A stretch of DNA of 64,000 nt from the sequence record MN047793.1. The stretch is one strand, 5' to 3'. A program made the translations under genes and the position numbers. The stretch's first letter is position 1; the number at the start of each line of letters is the position of its first letter. Shown here in pieces: positions 37,001 through 46,306 of the stretch. The notes under the pieces were generated by a model. It saw only the letters and a program-made list of their open reading frames with translations, ran no database searches and was not told where the DNA came from.

Positions 37001-39581
37001 TACGGAACGTGTAGCTCGTATGACTGTTAATGTATCTGCTCCAACACGTGCTACAGATGCAGCCACATTAGGTACTGTTGCTACTAATCAAACGTCAGCA
37101 AATGTAAACGCGCCGACCAACTTCGGTGCAGTAGCAATTGGTACAGCAGCAGCAGACCGCGTAGTAGCTTTCTACATCTCAGGACGTACCACAGGAGATA
37201 TGTCACTAACCGCAAGCTTTACTCCAGATAGTGGGGCAGCTATTCCATTAACTTTAGTCAAATTACATAAGAGCACATATGATGCTCCCAACGTGACATT
37301 CATGGCCCTATTTGTAGGCGCAATTCCAACTGGTACATCCGGTACTATTGCACCAGTAGCAACCGGCCCTACAGTAGTACGTTGGGGTTGTAAGGCTGTT
37401 CCAATGTATGGTGTACAGACTCTACCAGCCGACGTAATAGATGGTTCACTAGCTGGTTTTGGTAGTGTTATCGACCTCGGCATTAACAAATTCGAAGGTG
37501 GTATTACATCTCTAGCCACAATCCATTCTACTTCAGGAGCAACGTTACATAGTCACGCGGCAGAAGAAGTTTTATTCGATAGTGTGAGCCAAGAAATTCA
37601 CATTTATCCACAATCAAATGCTGCATACCAAGTTATTGGTGTACGTGGTGTAAGTGCGTCAGCAGTATCCATGGAAAATACCAATAGTGGTGGACATGCG
37701 ACTATTATTGCATCATGGAAAAAGGTTAGTAGCCCAACTGTAACACCTACAGTTACTCCTACCGTATCAGCAACTCCGTCAGTAACTCCGACGATATCAG
37801 TCACACCAACTGGGACACCTGTAGTAACTCCAACGGTAACGAGTTCAGCAACACCGACAAGTAGTACTACTCCAACAGTATCAAGTTCTGGCACTCCTAC
37901 GGTAACGCCGACAAGTACTGGTACTCCAACGGTAACGAGTTCTACGACTCCCACCGTGACCAGCACTGGTACTCCAGTAGTAACACCGACAAGTACTCCA
38001 ACGGTTGGCGTTTCTAGTACTCCTGCTGTAACTCCAACATCAACACCAACAAGTACAGCGGTTGCAGCTTCAGCTACTCCTACAGTAACTCCAACAAGTT
38101 CCACCGTAGCAGCTTCGCCGACACCTACAGTAACGCCCACAAGTACTGTAGTGTCAGCTACGCCAACGGGTACTCCACCAGTTACTACAACGATTACACC
38201 AACCGTAACTTCTACAGCTACTCCAACGATAACGGCTACCGCCACTCCTACAAGTACTGTAGCAGCAGCTTCACCAACTCCTACACCAACGGTTACCATA
38301 ACGTCGTCCGCTAATACTAATTTAAGTCCACAAATGTTTGCGGTACGTAATGCTGCTATCAGTAATACACAAGACACCCGTGCATATTCAAATGTAGCTC
38401 AACGTTGGCAATATTTTACTGGATCAGGTGACTTAGCTGAAATTAGTGTCGTATTCAACAATTGGAGTATGAATGCTACTACTAATAGCATCTTGAACCC
38501 AGGAAATGATACTCCAATTCAAGCCTGCTCAATCGAAATTAATGGTGTTACTGCTCCAGTTACCTTTAGTGGGTCACGTACTCGTACGTTACTTAACGGT
38601 GAAGATGACGTGGTATCAGATGCAATTCCAGCATCAGCATTCGGATTATCATCAATTCCGCGTGGCAGCACAGTGTTTATTAAATTCATCTTCGCAATGG
38701 GTGCACCAAACCGTAATATGCCAATTTCCAATTTCCGACAGACTTCAGACGGTGGATACTGCATCTGGTATGACCCAGCTAGCGTCACAGTTAGTAGCGT
38801 AGATAGCCCAGGAGCTTTCACTGTTACTGGTGCTGTAAATAACACCAATTCAGTGGTTCGTCCATTCGCCTTCATGCCACGAATTGTAGGTAGATACCTC
38901 CCAGGATATGCTCCAGTATGGGTAGCCGTTGGTGACTCAATCACTCAAGGATTGAATGATACTTCTGCCAATCGTATTGGTGGTCGTGGTTGGATTGGCC
39001 GTATGTTGGCCGATTCCGATGGCGATTCTAATGGCCTATCTTACTGTAATATGGGTGTGGCTTCTGCATTGTCTATCACATCAACAAACAGTCCTCGTTT
39101 CTGGAGCGCATACAAGTATGCTACCCACGGTACCTTCATGCATGGTACCAACGACTTCGATACATCAGGCACTGGTGTTACTGTTGCGACTATGCAGACT
39201 CGTGCAACTAATGGTATCAACCAAATGCGCACAGCACCGGGTAGCCGTATTACAACCATCATGGTTGGTAAAATTATCGTTCGTACTACATCAACTGATG
39301 GTTGGAAGACAACTGCTAACCAAACATATCGTGGTACCGGATGGGCACCAGGGGCAAACATCGACCAATTCAATGCATGGCTTGACACACAAAACGGTGT
39401 GCTGTTTAATGCATTAATTCCATGGACGTTCCCACGTGACTCAAGTATTCCACAAATGTGGGGTAACGATGGCGGGGTAACAAATAACTACATGACCGCC
39501 GATGGTACACACCCAACCGCGACCGCTTACATCGGTATGGCAAACGAGGCTCGCTCAGCAAGATTGGCATTACCAGCTTAA
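34008..39581 (+). CDS. 1857-aa modular virion or fibre protein: tandem N-terminal domains, PT linker, glycosidase-like beta-propeller, beta-sandwich modules, PT linker, SGNH hydrolase
   Basis: SGNH blocks VGDSITQG, HGTNDF and DGTHP; two long T/P/S/V tracts; ATAAATA at 33978-33984. Confidence 0.75.
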   Translation: MHNASYKFQIDQSVFILNKDEGSILSAKIVQLNIDLYGATADDSQKTYLVVLLTDTACTQCQILEYSEDVIYATLFEANLALQEYRGEIPSYQIFYQFEPNDNVYVVDRQAFQVNSGKVVTVNLKSFLQNNTIKVNVDYSVLVKSSNSVVLVDGDDIFASSSTASGSLYRSPTPTPTRTITPTPTQTRTPTASVTVTPTQTQTATPSATAAVSPTPVESATPTPTVSTTVSGTPSASVTPTPTVSTTASVTPDVTVTPTPEVSSTPAVTTTVTPTVTTTVTPSTTVSVTPSPTVSATMGVSVTPSATVTPTPSVSESVGVTQTPVVTSSPTPTVTASSTPTPTASSGVTVTPTGTPVASATPTPTISATVTATVTATPTASNASVTPSATPTPTVTPSTVAAGTPDGPEAALISPAVVSRMSTYSSPTKIGSIQPAPAWMTSGNGIYWGDQVKASSPSFPDRRFNYFSTDHAEGTGGIGITVCVGDPSVLTNWKVYDDAVDAGWLADIPNLPAKGGPIFTGFGGEGNQYETPCVNKVGGEFLMTYQATNVPGARNQATLIAVSPNGVSNWTGTHSPLMQVPASEIIGDGHHGYMKWGPNPFPRSNVPYDYVAYSLVGGQSRSTQAMWGSNAPKTTWVFLGGIGKISGRATPSNRFATNSDRYKLAGTAIDVKSFRQTRQGYAAMGEFAGVGSGATARPGEMYEFLFAADGKTIIGRPQLVIPRGAAGSIDNGEAATGSVLTFGNKSIIIYNAANSSNAKVSALAVSPLGNAMNTWFNTQSPAIPPASKITTKTFDFKGASALPAGLTAVSAGTTLPTPSFSTDGLSVTVDGTMATKGEYHVFEDEGFDPLTTEYVDIMIDGWSTTSSAAYRHPYIGFSTTKSLRASFTDALFVGTGETTTATMGYQAIAAGAQPVTAGTSEDYWGVGYGTSAFGTMAFPKKMVGVRIYPKDNIAYILGEGGVEQQEFKVSGSSMMTAFDKTKRWYPFFGFLGTEVSAATERVARMTVNVSAPTRATDAATLGTVATNQTSANVNAPTNFGAVAIGTAAADRVVAFYISGRTTGDMSLTASFTPDSGAAIPLTLVKLHKSTYDAPNVTFMALFVGAIPTGTSGTIAPVATGPTVVRWGCKAVPMYGVQTLPADVIDGSLAGFGSVIDLGINKFEGGITSLATIHSTSGATLHSHAAEEVLFDSVSQEIHIYPQSNAAYQVIGVRGVSASAVSMENTNSGGHATIIASWKKVSSPTVTPTVTPTVSATPSVTPTISVTPTGTPVVTPTVTSSATPTSSTTPTVSSSGTPTVTPTSTGTPTVTSSTTPTVTSTGTPVVTPTSTPTVGVSSTPAVTPTSTPTSTAVAASATPTVTPTSSTVAASPTPTVTPTSTVVSATPTGTPPVTTTITPTVTSTATPTITATATPTSTVAAASPTPTPTVTITSSANTNLSPQMFAVRNAAISNTQDTRAYSNVAQRWQYFTGSGDLAEISVVFNNWSMNATTNSILNPGNDTPIQACSIEINGVTAPVTFSGSRTRTLLNGEDDVVSDAIPASAFGLSSIPRGSTVFIKFIFAMGAPNRNMPISNFRQTSDGGYCIWYDPASVTVSSVDSPGAFTVTGAVNNTNSVVRPFAFMPRIVGRYLPGYAPVWVAVGDSITQGLNDTSANRIGGRGWIGRMLADSDGDSNGLSYCNMGVASALSITSTNSPRFWSAYKYATHGTFMHGTNDFDTSGTGVTVATMQTRATNGINQMRTAPGSRITTIMVGKIIVRTTSTDGWKTTANQTYRGTGWAPGANIDQFNAWLDTQNGVLFNALIPWTFPRDSSIPQMWGNDGGVTNNYMTADGTHPTATAYIGMANEARSARLALPA

Positions 39582-39655
39582 TGTAATTTCTATGCGTCTT
39601 GCGTCATAATTTCTTTTACTATATACTTCCGTATCAGGAAATATTTAAAGAAATT

Positions 39656-41527
39656 ATGACCAAGACAATTGAAGCTAGATTTAAGAAGCTCACGGAAGTA
39701 GAGCATGTTCTAAAACGCCCAGGTCGCTACATTGGTGTAACCGAGCCAAAGGTGGTAGACACATATATAATTAAGAATGACGCCATAGAGTGGTGCTCTG
39801 CTGTATATAGCCCTGCGTTTCTAAAATTATTTGACGAAATCATCTCCAATTCTGCCGACTTTTCGAAGACCGCAGAGGGTAAGCATGTCAACAAGATTGA
39901 AGTAACCATTGATCGTACTAAGGGCACTATTTCAGTACTTGACAATGGTGGTATTCCTGTAGTAAAGCACACGGAATATGATCAATATGTCCCTGACATG
40001 ATCTTTGGCGAACTGCGTAGCGGTTCAAACTTTGATGATGCGGATGATTCCGTGACCACAGGTCAGAATGGTGAGGGTTCTACTCTTACTAACATATTTT
40101 CGACGGAATTTATTGTAGACACTGCTGACGGAAAAAATCGTTTCTTATGTGGGTATTACGATAATATGCACCGTAGGGATGTCCCTAAAGTCACCAAGTC
40201 TTCAAAAAATTACACTCAGATTACGTATACACCGGACTATTCCCGGCTAGGTATTACCCTAGACGATTGGCATGTCGCAATGCTAGAACGTCGGGTGTAT
40301 GAGATTGCTGCAACTAACAATCATCTGAAGGTATATCTCAACGGCACTTTGTTAAATTTCAAGACGTTTAAAGATTATGTCGCATTGTTTAACAAAAACG
40401 CTATCAGTTTTGGTAATGATCGATTCCAAGCATCAGTATTTCATAGCAAATCCGGCTTCCAGCAAATTAACTTCGTAAACAGCACCAATGTATTCCAAGG
40501 CGGAACACATGTTGATGCTCTAATGAATACAATTGTTGCTGGCGTTCGTGAGCATGTTAAGAAGAAGACCAAACAAGATATTAAACCGTCCGATATTAAG
40601 AATCATTTCTTCTTAATGGGGACATTTACGATCAATAATCCTCGTTATAATTCCCAAACTAAAGAATATCTTCAGACTGCGGTTAAGGACTTTGGTATGA
40701 GTTTAGAAGTTCCTGATAAGGTTCTTCAACAAATCATCAAGTCTGATATCGTGCAAGAAATTATCGAATGGGCAGAGAATAAGAAGGCTATTGAAGACCT
40801 TGCTGCTCTTAAGAAAAAGAACAAGGATTTGGACAAGTCTGGTACTGGCGCATTGCGGGCCATCACTAAGTATGAGTCAGCCACGTCAAAGGTTCGTAAT
40901 AAATGTGCACTATTCATCGCCGAGGGTGATTCGGCGGCTAAGGCTCTGCAATCCGCACGTGATCCAGAATTCCATGGGGTGTTTCCTCTTAAAGGTAAAC
41001 CGGTTAACGTACGTGGAATGAAAATTAAAGACCTGATTGCTAATGAAGAGTTAGAATCGTTGATGACTATCATTGGCCTACAATTTGGTGTTGAACCTAA
41101 AATATCAGACTTACGGTATAGTAGTATGATCATTTCTACTGACCAAGACCTTGACGGATTCCATTTGGCAAGTCTATTGTACAATATGTTCGTAGAACTA
41201 TGGCCCGGATTGGTTAAACAAGGATTCTTATTCAAACTTCAAACCCCAATTGTTCGTGTTACTCAAGGTAAGAAAGAGATTGAATTCTTTACTCTTGAGG
41301 AGTACTACAAATGGGAGACGAAGCAGAGCAAACACAACTACTCTACTACGTACTTGAAGGGTCTCGGTTCTAATGATACCAAATACTTTAAAGAGTATAT
41401 GTTTAAAGATGAATACAAAACTCCAATCGTATATAAAGACGCTGCGGACAAAGATGCACTAGATATTGCTTTTGATGAATCAAAAGCTGATGAACGCAAA
41501 CTATTCATTTATGGAGATAATAAATGA
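39656..41527 (+). CDS. 39: Type II topoisomerase large subunit (T4 gp39+60, GyrB-like)
   Basis: EHVLKRPGRYIG, FDEIISNSAD, GQNGEG, IAEGDSA, PLKGK, DQDLDG and YLKGLGS; promoter TTGCGT-17-TATACT upstream. Confidence 0.95.
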   Translation: MTKTIEARFKKLTEVEHVLKRPGRYIGVTEPKVVDTYIIKNDAIEWCSAVYSPAFLKLFDEIISNSADFSKTAEGKHVNKIEVTIDRTKGTISVLDNGGIPVVKHTEYDQYVPDMIFGELRSGSNFDDADDSVTTGQNGEGSTLTNIFSTEFIVDTADGKNRFLCGYYDNMHRRDVPKVTKSSKNYTQITYTPDYSRLGITLDDWHVAMLERRVYEIAATNNHLKVYLNGTLLNFKTFKDYVALFNKNAISFGNDRFQASVFHSKSGFQQINFVNSTNVFQGGTHVDALMNTIVAGVREHVKKKTKQDIKPSDIKNHFFLMGTFTINNPRYNSQTKEYLQTAVKDFGMSLEVPDKVLQQIIKSDIVQEIIEWAENKKAIEDLAALKKKNKDLDKSGTGALRAITKYESATSKVRNKCALFIAEGDSAAKALQSARDPEFHGVFPLKGKPVNVRGMKIKDLIANEELESLMTIIGLQFGVEPKISDLRYSSMIISTDQDLDGFHLASLLYNMFVELWPGLVKQGFLFKLQTPIVRVTQGKKEIEFFTLEEYYKWETKQSKHNYSTTYLKGLGSNDTKYFKEYMFKDEYKTPIVYKDAADKDALDIAFDESKADERKLFIYGDNK

Positions 41528-41799
41528 GCAAATATAAATTAGAAAATTGTGAAAAGGTATTCTCTAACAAAGAACATCTTATCAAATTACTAGATGAGTT
41601 AAAAAATGACTTTCATTCAATCTATTCGGTTGTACAAAATGATGGTGTAATCTTAGAAAATAGGGATTTAGTCACGTTACATAATTCCGCTGATACCGCA
41701 CGAATCAATATAGCTAAACTGTCAGCTCGTTTAGATGATTCAGTAGATGCTTTATGGGACCATATTGACGCATGTAAGGTACGGGTGTCCAATGAGTGA
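41524..41799 (+). CDS. Hypothetical coiled-coil protein between the topoisomerase subunits
   Basis: Overlaps both neighbours. Confidence 0.6.
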   Translation: MSKYKLENCEKVFSNKEHLIKLLDELKNDFHSIYSVVQNDGVILENRDLVTLHNSADTARINIAKLSARLDDSVDALWDHIDACKVRVSNE

Positions 41800-43114
41800 A
41801 CCGCTACGTATTAAAGACTACATTCGTAATGAATGGGCGTCATATGCTGATTATGATAACCGTCGATCACTTCCACATATCATGGATGGTCTCAAGATCA
41901 CCCAGCGTAAGGCCCTGTACACAGCTACACAGCTTCCCAAGGGTGATAAGCCAGTTCGGGTAAGCCAGTTCGCTTCGAAGGCTGCGGAGCTTACTGCGTA
42001 CCATCACGGTGAGAAGTCAATGCTTGATGCCGTAGTCAAGTTGGCACAAGACTATCCCGGCTCCAATAACTTCCCTTGGCTAGAGCGTCATGGTCAGTTT
42101 GGTTCTCGTCTATCGAATGAATCTGCTGCGGGTCGTTACATTTTTACCAAACTCCATAAAAATTGGGATACCTTTTTTCATAAAAAAGATCAAGATGTAG
42201 TTGATTATTGGGTAGATGATGGTAATCAAATTGAACCTAAATTCTTCATCCCTATCCTTCCTACTCTGCTACTTAATGGATCAAGTGGTACTGGTAATGG
42301 ATTTAAGTCTAAGATTCTCAATTACAATGTCTCTGACGTTGCTAAGGCATGCAGAGAGGTGACCAAATATGGTAAGGTTAAAACGCCACTAATTCCGCAT
42401 ATTAATGGATGGACAGGTACAATTGAAAAGGTAGATCGACAGGTTATCCTTTCAGGTACTATTGAGGTCATCCATAGCACCAAGCTTCGTATCTCAGAGT
42501 TGCCACCCAAATACGACAATGAGAAATTCAAGGCCGTCTTAAATAATCTAATTGAAAAAGACCTAATTAAGGACTACGAGAACCGCTCTACTGAAGATGC
42601 ATGGGATTGGATCATCCATCTACGTCGTACAACGACCGCATTACCCATGGATAAGTTGATGTCCATGTTTAAGCTGGTCGAAAAGACCACTGAAAATTTT
42701 GTGGGCTGGGGTATTGATGCGTCGGTACCATTAACATTTGACGGACCAGAAGCATTAGTAGAGTACTGGTGTGCTGAACGCCTCAAGTTATACCAAAAGT
42801 CAATTGACCAACAAATAGTAGACTGTAAAGCGGATATCGTCCGTGCAGACTTGAAGGCGCGATTTATTAAATGGTGTCTAAAGAATGATTTCAGAAAGCT
42901 TACACGAAAAGAATTCATTGACAATTCTGTCGCTGGCGTTAAGAGCCTCACCCCAGAAATTGCAGGAGAGTTTGTTACAATGCCAATGTACCGCATCACT
43001 ACCGATGAAGTAGACAAACTTAATGCAGATATTGATGCATTAATGGATGCTATGGATGTACTTGAACAATTAACACCAGCAACACTAATGGAACAAAATT
43101 TAAAGGGGCTATAA
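41792..43114 (+). CDS. 52: Type II topoisomerase medium subunit (T4 gp52, GyrA-like)
   Basis: RSLPHIMDGLKITQRK, YHHGE, GQFGSR and AAGRYI (catalytic Tyr). Confidence 0.95.
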   Translation: MSEPLRIKDYIRNEWASYADYDNRRSLPHIMDGLKITQRKALYTATQLPKGDKPVRVSQFASKAAELTAYHHGEKSMLDAVVKLAQDYPGSNNFPWLERHGQFGSRLSNESAAGRYIFTKLHKNWDTFFHKKDQDVVDYWVDDGNQIEPKFFIPILPTLLLNGSSGTGNGFKSKILNYNVSDVAKACREVTKYGKVKTPLIPHINGWTGTIEKVDRQVILSGTIEVIHSTKLRISELPPKYDNEKFKAVLNNLIEKDLIKDYENRSTEDAWDWIIHLRRTTTALPMDKLMSMFKLVEKTTENFVGWGIDASVPLTFDGPEALVEYWCAERLKLYQKSIDQQIVDCKADIVRADLKARFIKWCLKNDFRKLTRKEFIDNSVAGVKSLTPEIAGEFVTMPMYRITTDEVDKLNADIDALMDAMDVLEQLTPATLMEQNLKGL

Positions 43115-43123
43115 GCCCCTTTT
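43102..43123. terminator. Bidirectional terminator
   Basis: AAAGGGGCT-ata-AGCCCCTTTT. Confidence 0.75.
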
Positions 43124-43389
43124 TATTTTCCTGATATTTTATCAATCAAATTGAGTAGTTCATCTTTCTGTTCCCTATGACAATCCACACATGGAGGAGC
43201 ATCTTCGATAAGATAATTTACATCATCATATGTCATAACATATTCCTTGTATGGATATGGAGCGTTAGGGAACATATGCTCTGAGAGATGTAGTTTTAGA
43301 CTACCGTCTGTAGATACACACTTCCATACATCATTGTCAATTCTGGTAATTACACTAAATCGTAATACCCGTTTACGTAATTCGTCCAC
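43123..43389 (-). CDS. Hypothetical protein
   Basis: ORF in the minus-strand operon. Confidence 0.5.
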   Translation of the reverse strand: MDELRKRVLRFSVITRIDNDVWKCVSTDGSLKLHLSEHMFPNAPYPYKEYVMTYDDVNYLIEDAPPCVDCHREQKDELLNLIDKISGK

Positions 43390-43407
43390 TAGAGTTCTCC
43401 GACCAAA

Positions 43408-43725
43408 TTATAGAAGGTCATCTAACCCAGCTAAACTATCCCGCATTATTTCCTTATTCTTTTCATCGGTTAATGTGGCTGATGTATCCATTACACATGT
43501 GTCAGATTCCATAGGACAGCCCTCTTCCGGAAGAGCCGACAAAAACGCTGAAATAATCTGTTCAGTGTGTTTAATCTGTTCTTCCAACGTTACAATATAA
43601 TCTGATGGAATTTGTACAAATTCCGGATGATATTCCTGAAAATATGGTAATGATCCTTTAATTAATTGGCTCTGGGTCTTTAAAATTTCTAAAAACCGAT
43701 AATTATCAGACAGGTATGACATCAT
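43408..43725 (-). CDS. Hypothetical protein
   Basis: Coupled to the acb1 stop. Confidence 0.55.
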   Translation of the reverse strand: MMSYLSDNYRFLEILKTQSQLIKGSLPYFQEYHPEFVQIPSDYIVTLEEQIKHTEQIISAFLSALPEEGCPMESDTCVMDTSATLTDEKNKEIMRDSLAGLDDLL

Positions 43726-44279
43726 TTAGATTCCTTACCATCTTTGGTATCAGATGCATCTTTGGCCCAATCTAATTCAAGTGGCTGGTAGTATTCCTCT
43801 ACTACTTCGATTTTATCAACGTATTTCTTGATATCGAAATTCTTAGGAATTTGCCAATCCTTTCCTACATCATAACTAAGGGTGGCATGGATTTTATATT
43901 CATCGTAATCATATTGTGCTCCATATTCCTTGTTAAAATATTCATGACGATCCTTCATCTCTTTACAATCAAATCGTAGTACGAGTGCTCTACTACCAGT
44001 TTGGGTTGGGAATATTTCCAATTTTGTAGGAGTACCAATCCACGGCTCTTTCATCTTTCCATGTACTGTGAAGTCTTTAAATGGTTTACGACTATACACA
44101 ATGGTACAATGCATTTTCTTTCGGGTAACCTTATTATCAACTTCCAATGCTTCAGCTAAACTTTTTAGTGCATTTTGAGTTTCGGTAGAAAAATGAACAG
44201 CAATGTAGGTGCCGTCTTTACCAAGTTCCGTGATCTTAGTCTGTTTCTCTAATAAAATGTCTTTTAAATGTCTATTCAT
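43722..44279 (-). CDS. acb1: Anti-CBASS 2H phosphodiesterase Acb1 (T4 gp57B homolog)
   Basis: GTYIAVHFS, MHCTIVYSR, LVL, RHEY, YKIHATLSYDVG and YQPLELDW align by eye with T4 57B (HSTICYSR, HITLSYNVG, EPLKLDW). Confidence 0.88.
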   Translation of the reverse strand: MNRHLKDILLEKQTKITELGKDGTYIAVHFSTETQNALKSLAEALEVDNKVTRKKMHCTIVYSRKPFKDFTVHGKMKEPWIGTPTKLEIFPTQTGSRALVLRFDCKEMKDRHEYFNKEYGAQYDYDEYKIHATLSYDVGKDWQIPKNFDIKKYVDKIEVVEEYYQPLELDWAKDASDTKDGKESK

Positions 44280-44289
44280 TAATGGGTCC

Positions 44290-44820
44290 TTAAATGTTAG
44301 TAGTCCATACACGATTAACATAAACGTTAAATCGCATCTCTGGGGTATTTACTGCTTCAGTACTTTTATGTATCTCGTGAGTAGTGTTTAATTTTTTATA
44401 TGGAAAGAAGCGATCACATTCATGACTACCTGGGATCATGGTAAGATACACACAATCAGCTAAAGATAATCCTTCAGTAAAAATACGTTCACCCCCAATT
44501 AGGAATATATCGCCTTGTAAGATTTCTTTAGCAAGATCAATAGCCTCGTTGACAGACCTAGATGGTCTTACATTTTCATAAGGAATATATAAGTCATTAT
44601 CTGATGTTACAACAATACATTCACGTTTTGGTAAAAGCTTTTGCCCCTTAAAATATCCAGTTAAATCTTGATATGTGGCTTTTCCCATGATGACAGTATT
44701 ACCTTCTGTCATTTTTTGGAAGTATTTAAAATCTTCTGGATAATGCCATGGAATCGCGCCATCTTTCCCAAAACCGAAATCGCTGTCAACCGCAGCGATT
44801 ATATTAATTGATTTACTCAT
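44290..44820 (-). CDS. frd: Dihydrofolate reductase
   Basis: IIAAV, GFGKDGAIPWH.PEDF, VIMGKAT, IGGERI and CDRFFP. Confidence 0.95.
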   Translation of the reverse strand: MSKSINIIAAVDSDFGFGKDGAIPWHYPEDFKYFQKMTEGNTVIMGKATYQDLTGYFKGQKLLPKRECIVVTSDNDLYIPYENVRPSRSVNEAIDLAKEILQGDIFLIGGERIFTEGLSLADCVYLTMIPGSHECDRFFPYKKLNTTHEIHKSTEAVNTPEMRFNVYVNRVWTTNI

Positions 44821-45116
44821 TTTTCACCCCTATCAGCGTCATTATTCGCTTTACGTACACGGGTAATAAGTTGTAAAGTAGACTCCTTAGCATCTTCTGG
44901 TAATTCTTCGATAAAGAACAATTCCCGTGGGTCTACCCATTTATAGAAAATTGGATCACTTCCCGCAACACCCGTTGGTGCGATTTCTAGTATAGTCATC
45001 GTTCCTACTACTTGGTTCACCTTGCGTACGTGATAGATGTTTTTCTTTGCCGTACGGCCCGTAAGAGACCATTCTTTTCCTTCATATACGAAAGTTTTTT
45101 CATTGTCATCAGACAT
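44817..45116 (-). CDS. Hypothetical protein
   Basis: Coupled to frd. Confidence 0.55.
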   Translation of the reverse strand: MSDDNEKTFVYEGKEWSLTGRTAKKNIYHVRKVNQVVGTMTILEIAPTGVAGSDPIFYKWVDPRELFFIEELPEDAKESTLQLITRVRKANNDADRGEK

Positions 45117-45334
45117 TTAGGATACCTTTAAGATTAGAAGATAAATATTATCATATTCAGAGTTTAGTTACAAGAGAGTGCCTAGACCTGAGATACTTAA
45201 AGTAATAAACAGTTGGAACTGATGCGAAACATAAAAACTCCTGCGATCCTTCAAAACTCCACTTACCTATCAATAACTCCGTCTCTGAACATCGGTACTC
45301 TCTCCTTTACTTCGAATAAGGAGGGTAGAACTAA

Positions 45335-45363
45335 TTGACAATTCAACTTAACGTAATTACAAT
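45335..45363 (+). promoter_or_regulatory. Sigma70 promoter for phoH
   Basis: TTGACA-17-TACAAT. Confidence 0.7.
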
Positions 45364-45421
45364 TAACCCACGTTACAAAGAAACCTAAGTTTAATTTTAC
45401 GAAATATCCCAGGAGTTAACC

Positions 45422-46225
45422 ATGGCCCGTAAAAGCCAAGCCCGTAAGAGTCCAGCGCCAAAGACACGTAAGAGCAGTCAGTTTGATCAGCAATTTCTAT
45501 TTGAACAAATCAATGAAGCTGCTAAGCGTGAAGGTCCACGTATTAAGAAATGGACCACCCATGATCTGAAGAATATTAAGCCAAAGGCGGGTTCTAACTC
45601 TCAATATGAAATGTTCAAGACATTCCTTGAAGAACCCACTACACATATTGTAGCAAACGGATTCCCTGGTACCGGTAAAACATACGTATCTTTATGGTTA
45701 GCTCTTAATGGAATTCTAAATCCAGAAGCTCCCCAGGACCATATCATCATCGTTCGAAGTGCGGTTCCTGCTCGTGACATTGGATTTTTGCCGGGTACTC
45801 AAGAAGAAAAGATGGCCCCGTTTGAAGTAGCATACAAAGACATCATTCATGATCTGATTGGTCGTCCAACATCGTATGAAGACATGGTAGAAGCTGGAAA
45901 AATCAAATTCATGCCAACATCTTTCTTACGTGGTTTAACTTGGGATAATGCTATCGTCGTAGTAGACGAAATTCAGAATATGTCATGGCAAGAAATTCAT
46001 ACCATCATGACTCGTGTAGGTAAGAATACTCGTCTTCTAGTATGTGGTGATAAATCACAAAATGATCTTGCAGATAAGCGTTCTGAGGATAGTGGTTTCG
46101 ACTCTTTCCTACGTGTTGCTAATAACATGAAAAATTTTGAAGTTATTACTTTCACTAAAGAAGAGATTGTACGTTCAGGGTTTGTCAAAGAATGGATTAT
46201 TGCAAAGGAAGATTTAGGTCTTTAA
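45422..46225 (+). CDS. phoH: PhoH-family ATPase
   Basis: GFPGTGKT, IIIVRSAV, GFLPG, FLRGLTW, VDEIQN and GD..Q.DL. Confidence 0.95.
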   Translation: MARKSQARKSPAPKTRKSSQFDQQFLFEQINEAAKREGPRIKKWTTHDLKNIKPKAGSNSQYEMFKTFLEEPTTHIVANGFPGTGKTYVSLWLALNGILNPEAPQDHIIIVRSAVPARDIGFLPGTQEEKMAPFEVAYKDIIHDLIGRPTSYEDMVEAGKIKFMPTSFLRGLTWDNAIVVVDEIQNMSWQEIHTIMTRVGKNTRLLVCGDKSQNDLADKRSEDSGFDSFLRVANNMKNFEVITFTKEEIVRSGFVKEWIIAKEDLGL

Positions 46226-46228
46226 CAC

Positions 46229-46252
46229 AAAAAGGGGCTTCGGCCCCTTTTT
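46229..46252 (+). terminator. Intrinsic terminator
   Basis: AAAAAGGGGC-TTCG-GCCCCTTTTT. Confidence 0.85.
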
Positions 46253-46306
46253 GTTGCATGCAATCATTTCTACATAAATACTAGAACAACTTTCTCAAGG
46301 ATAACC

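Noticed and set aside
45219-45230. CTGATGCGAAAC resembling a hammerhead ribozyme core
   Set aside because: It lacks the CUGANGA-stem II-GAAA geometry
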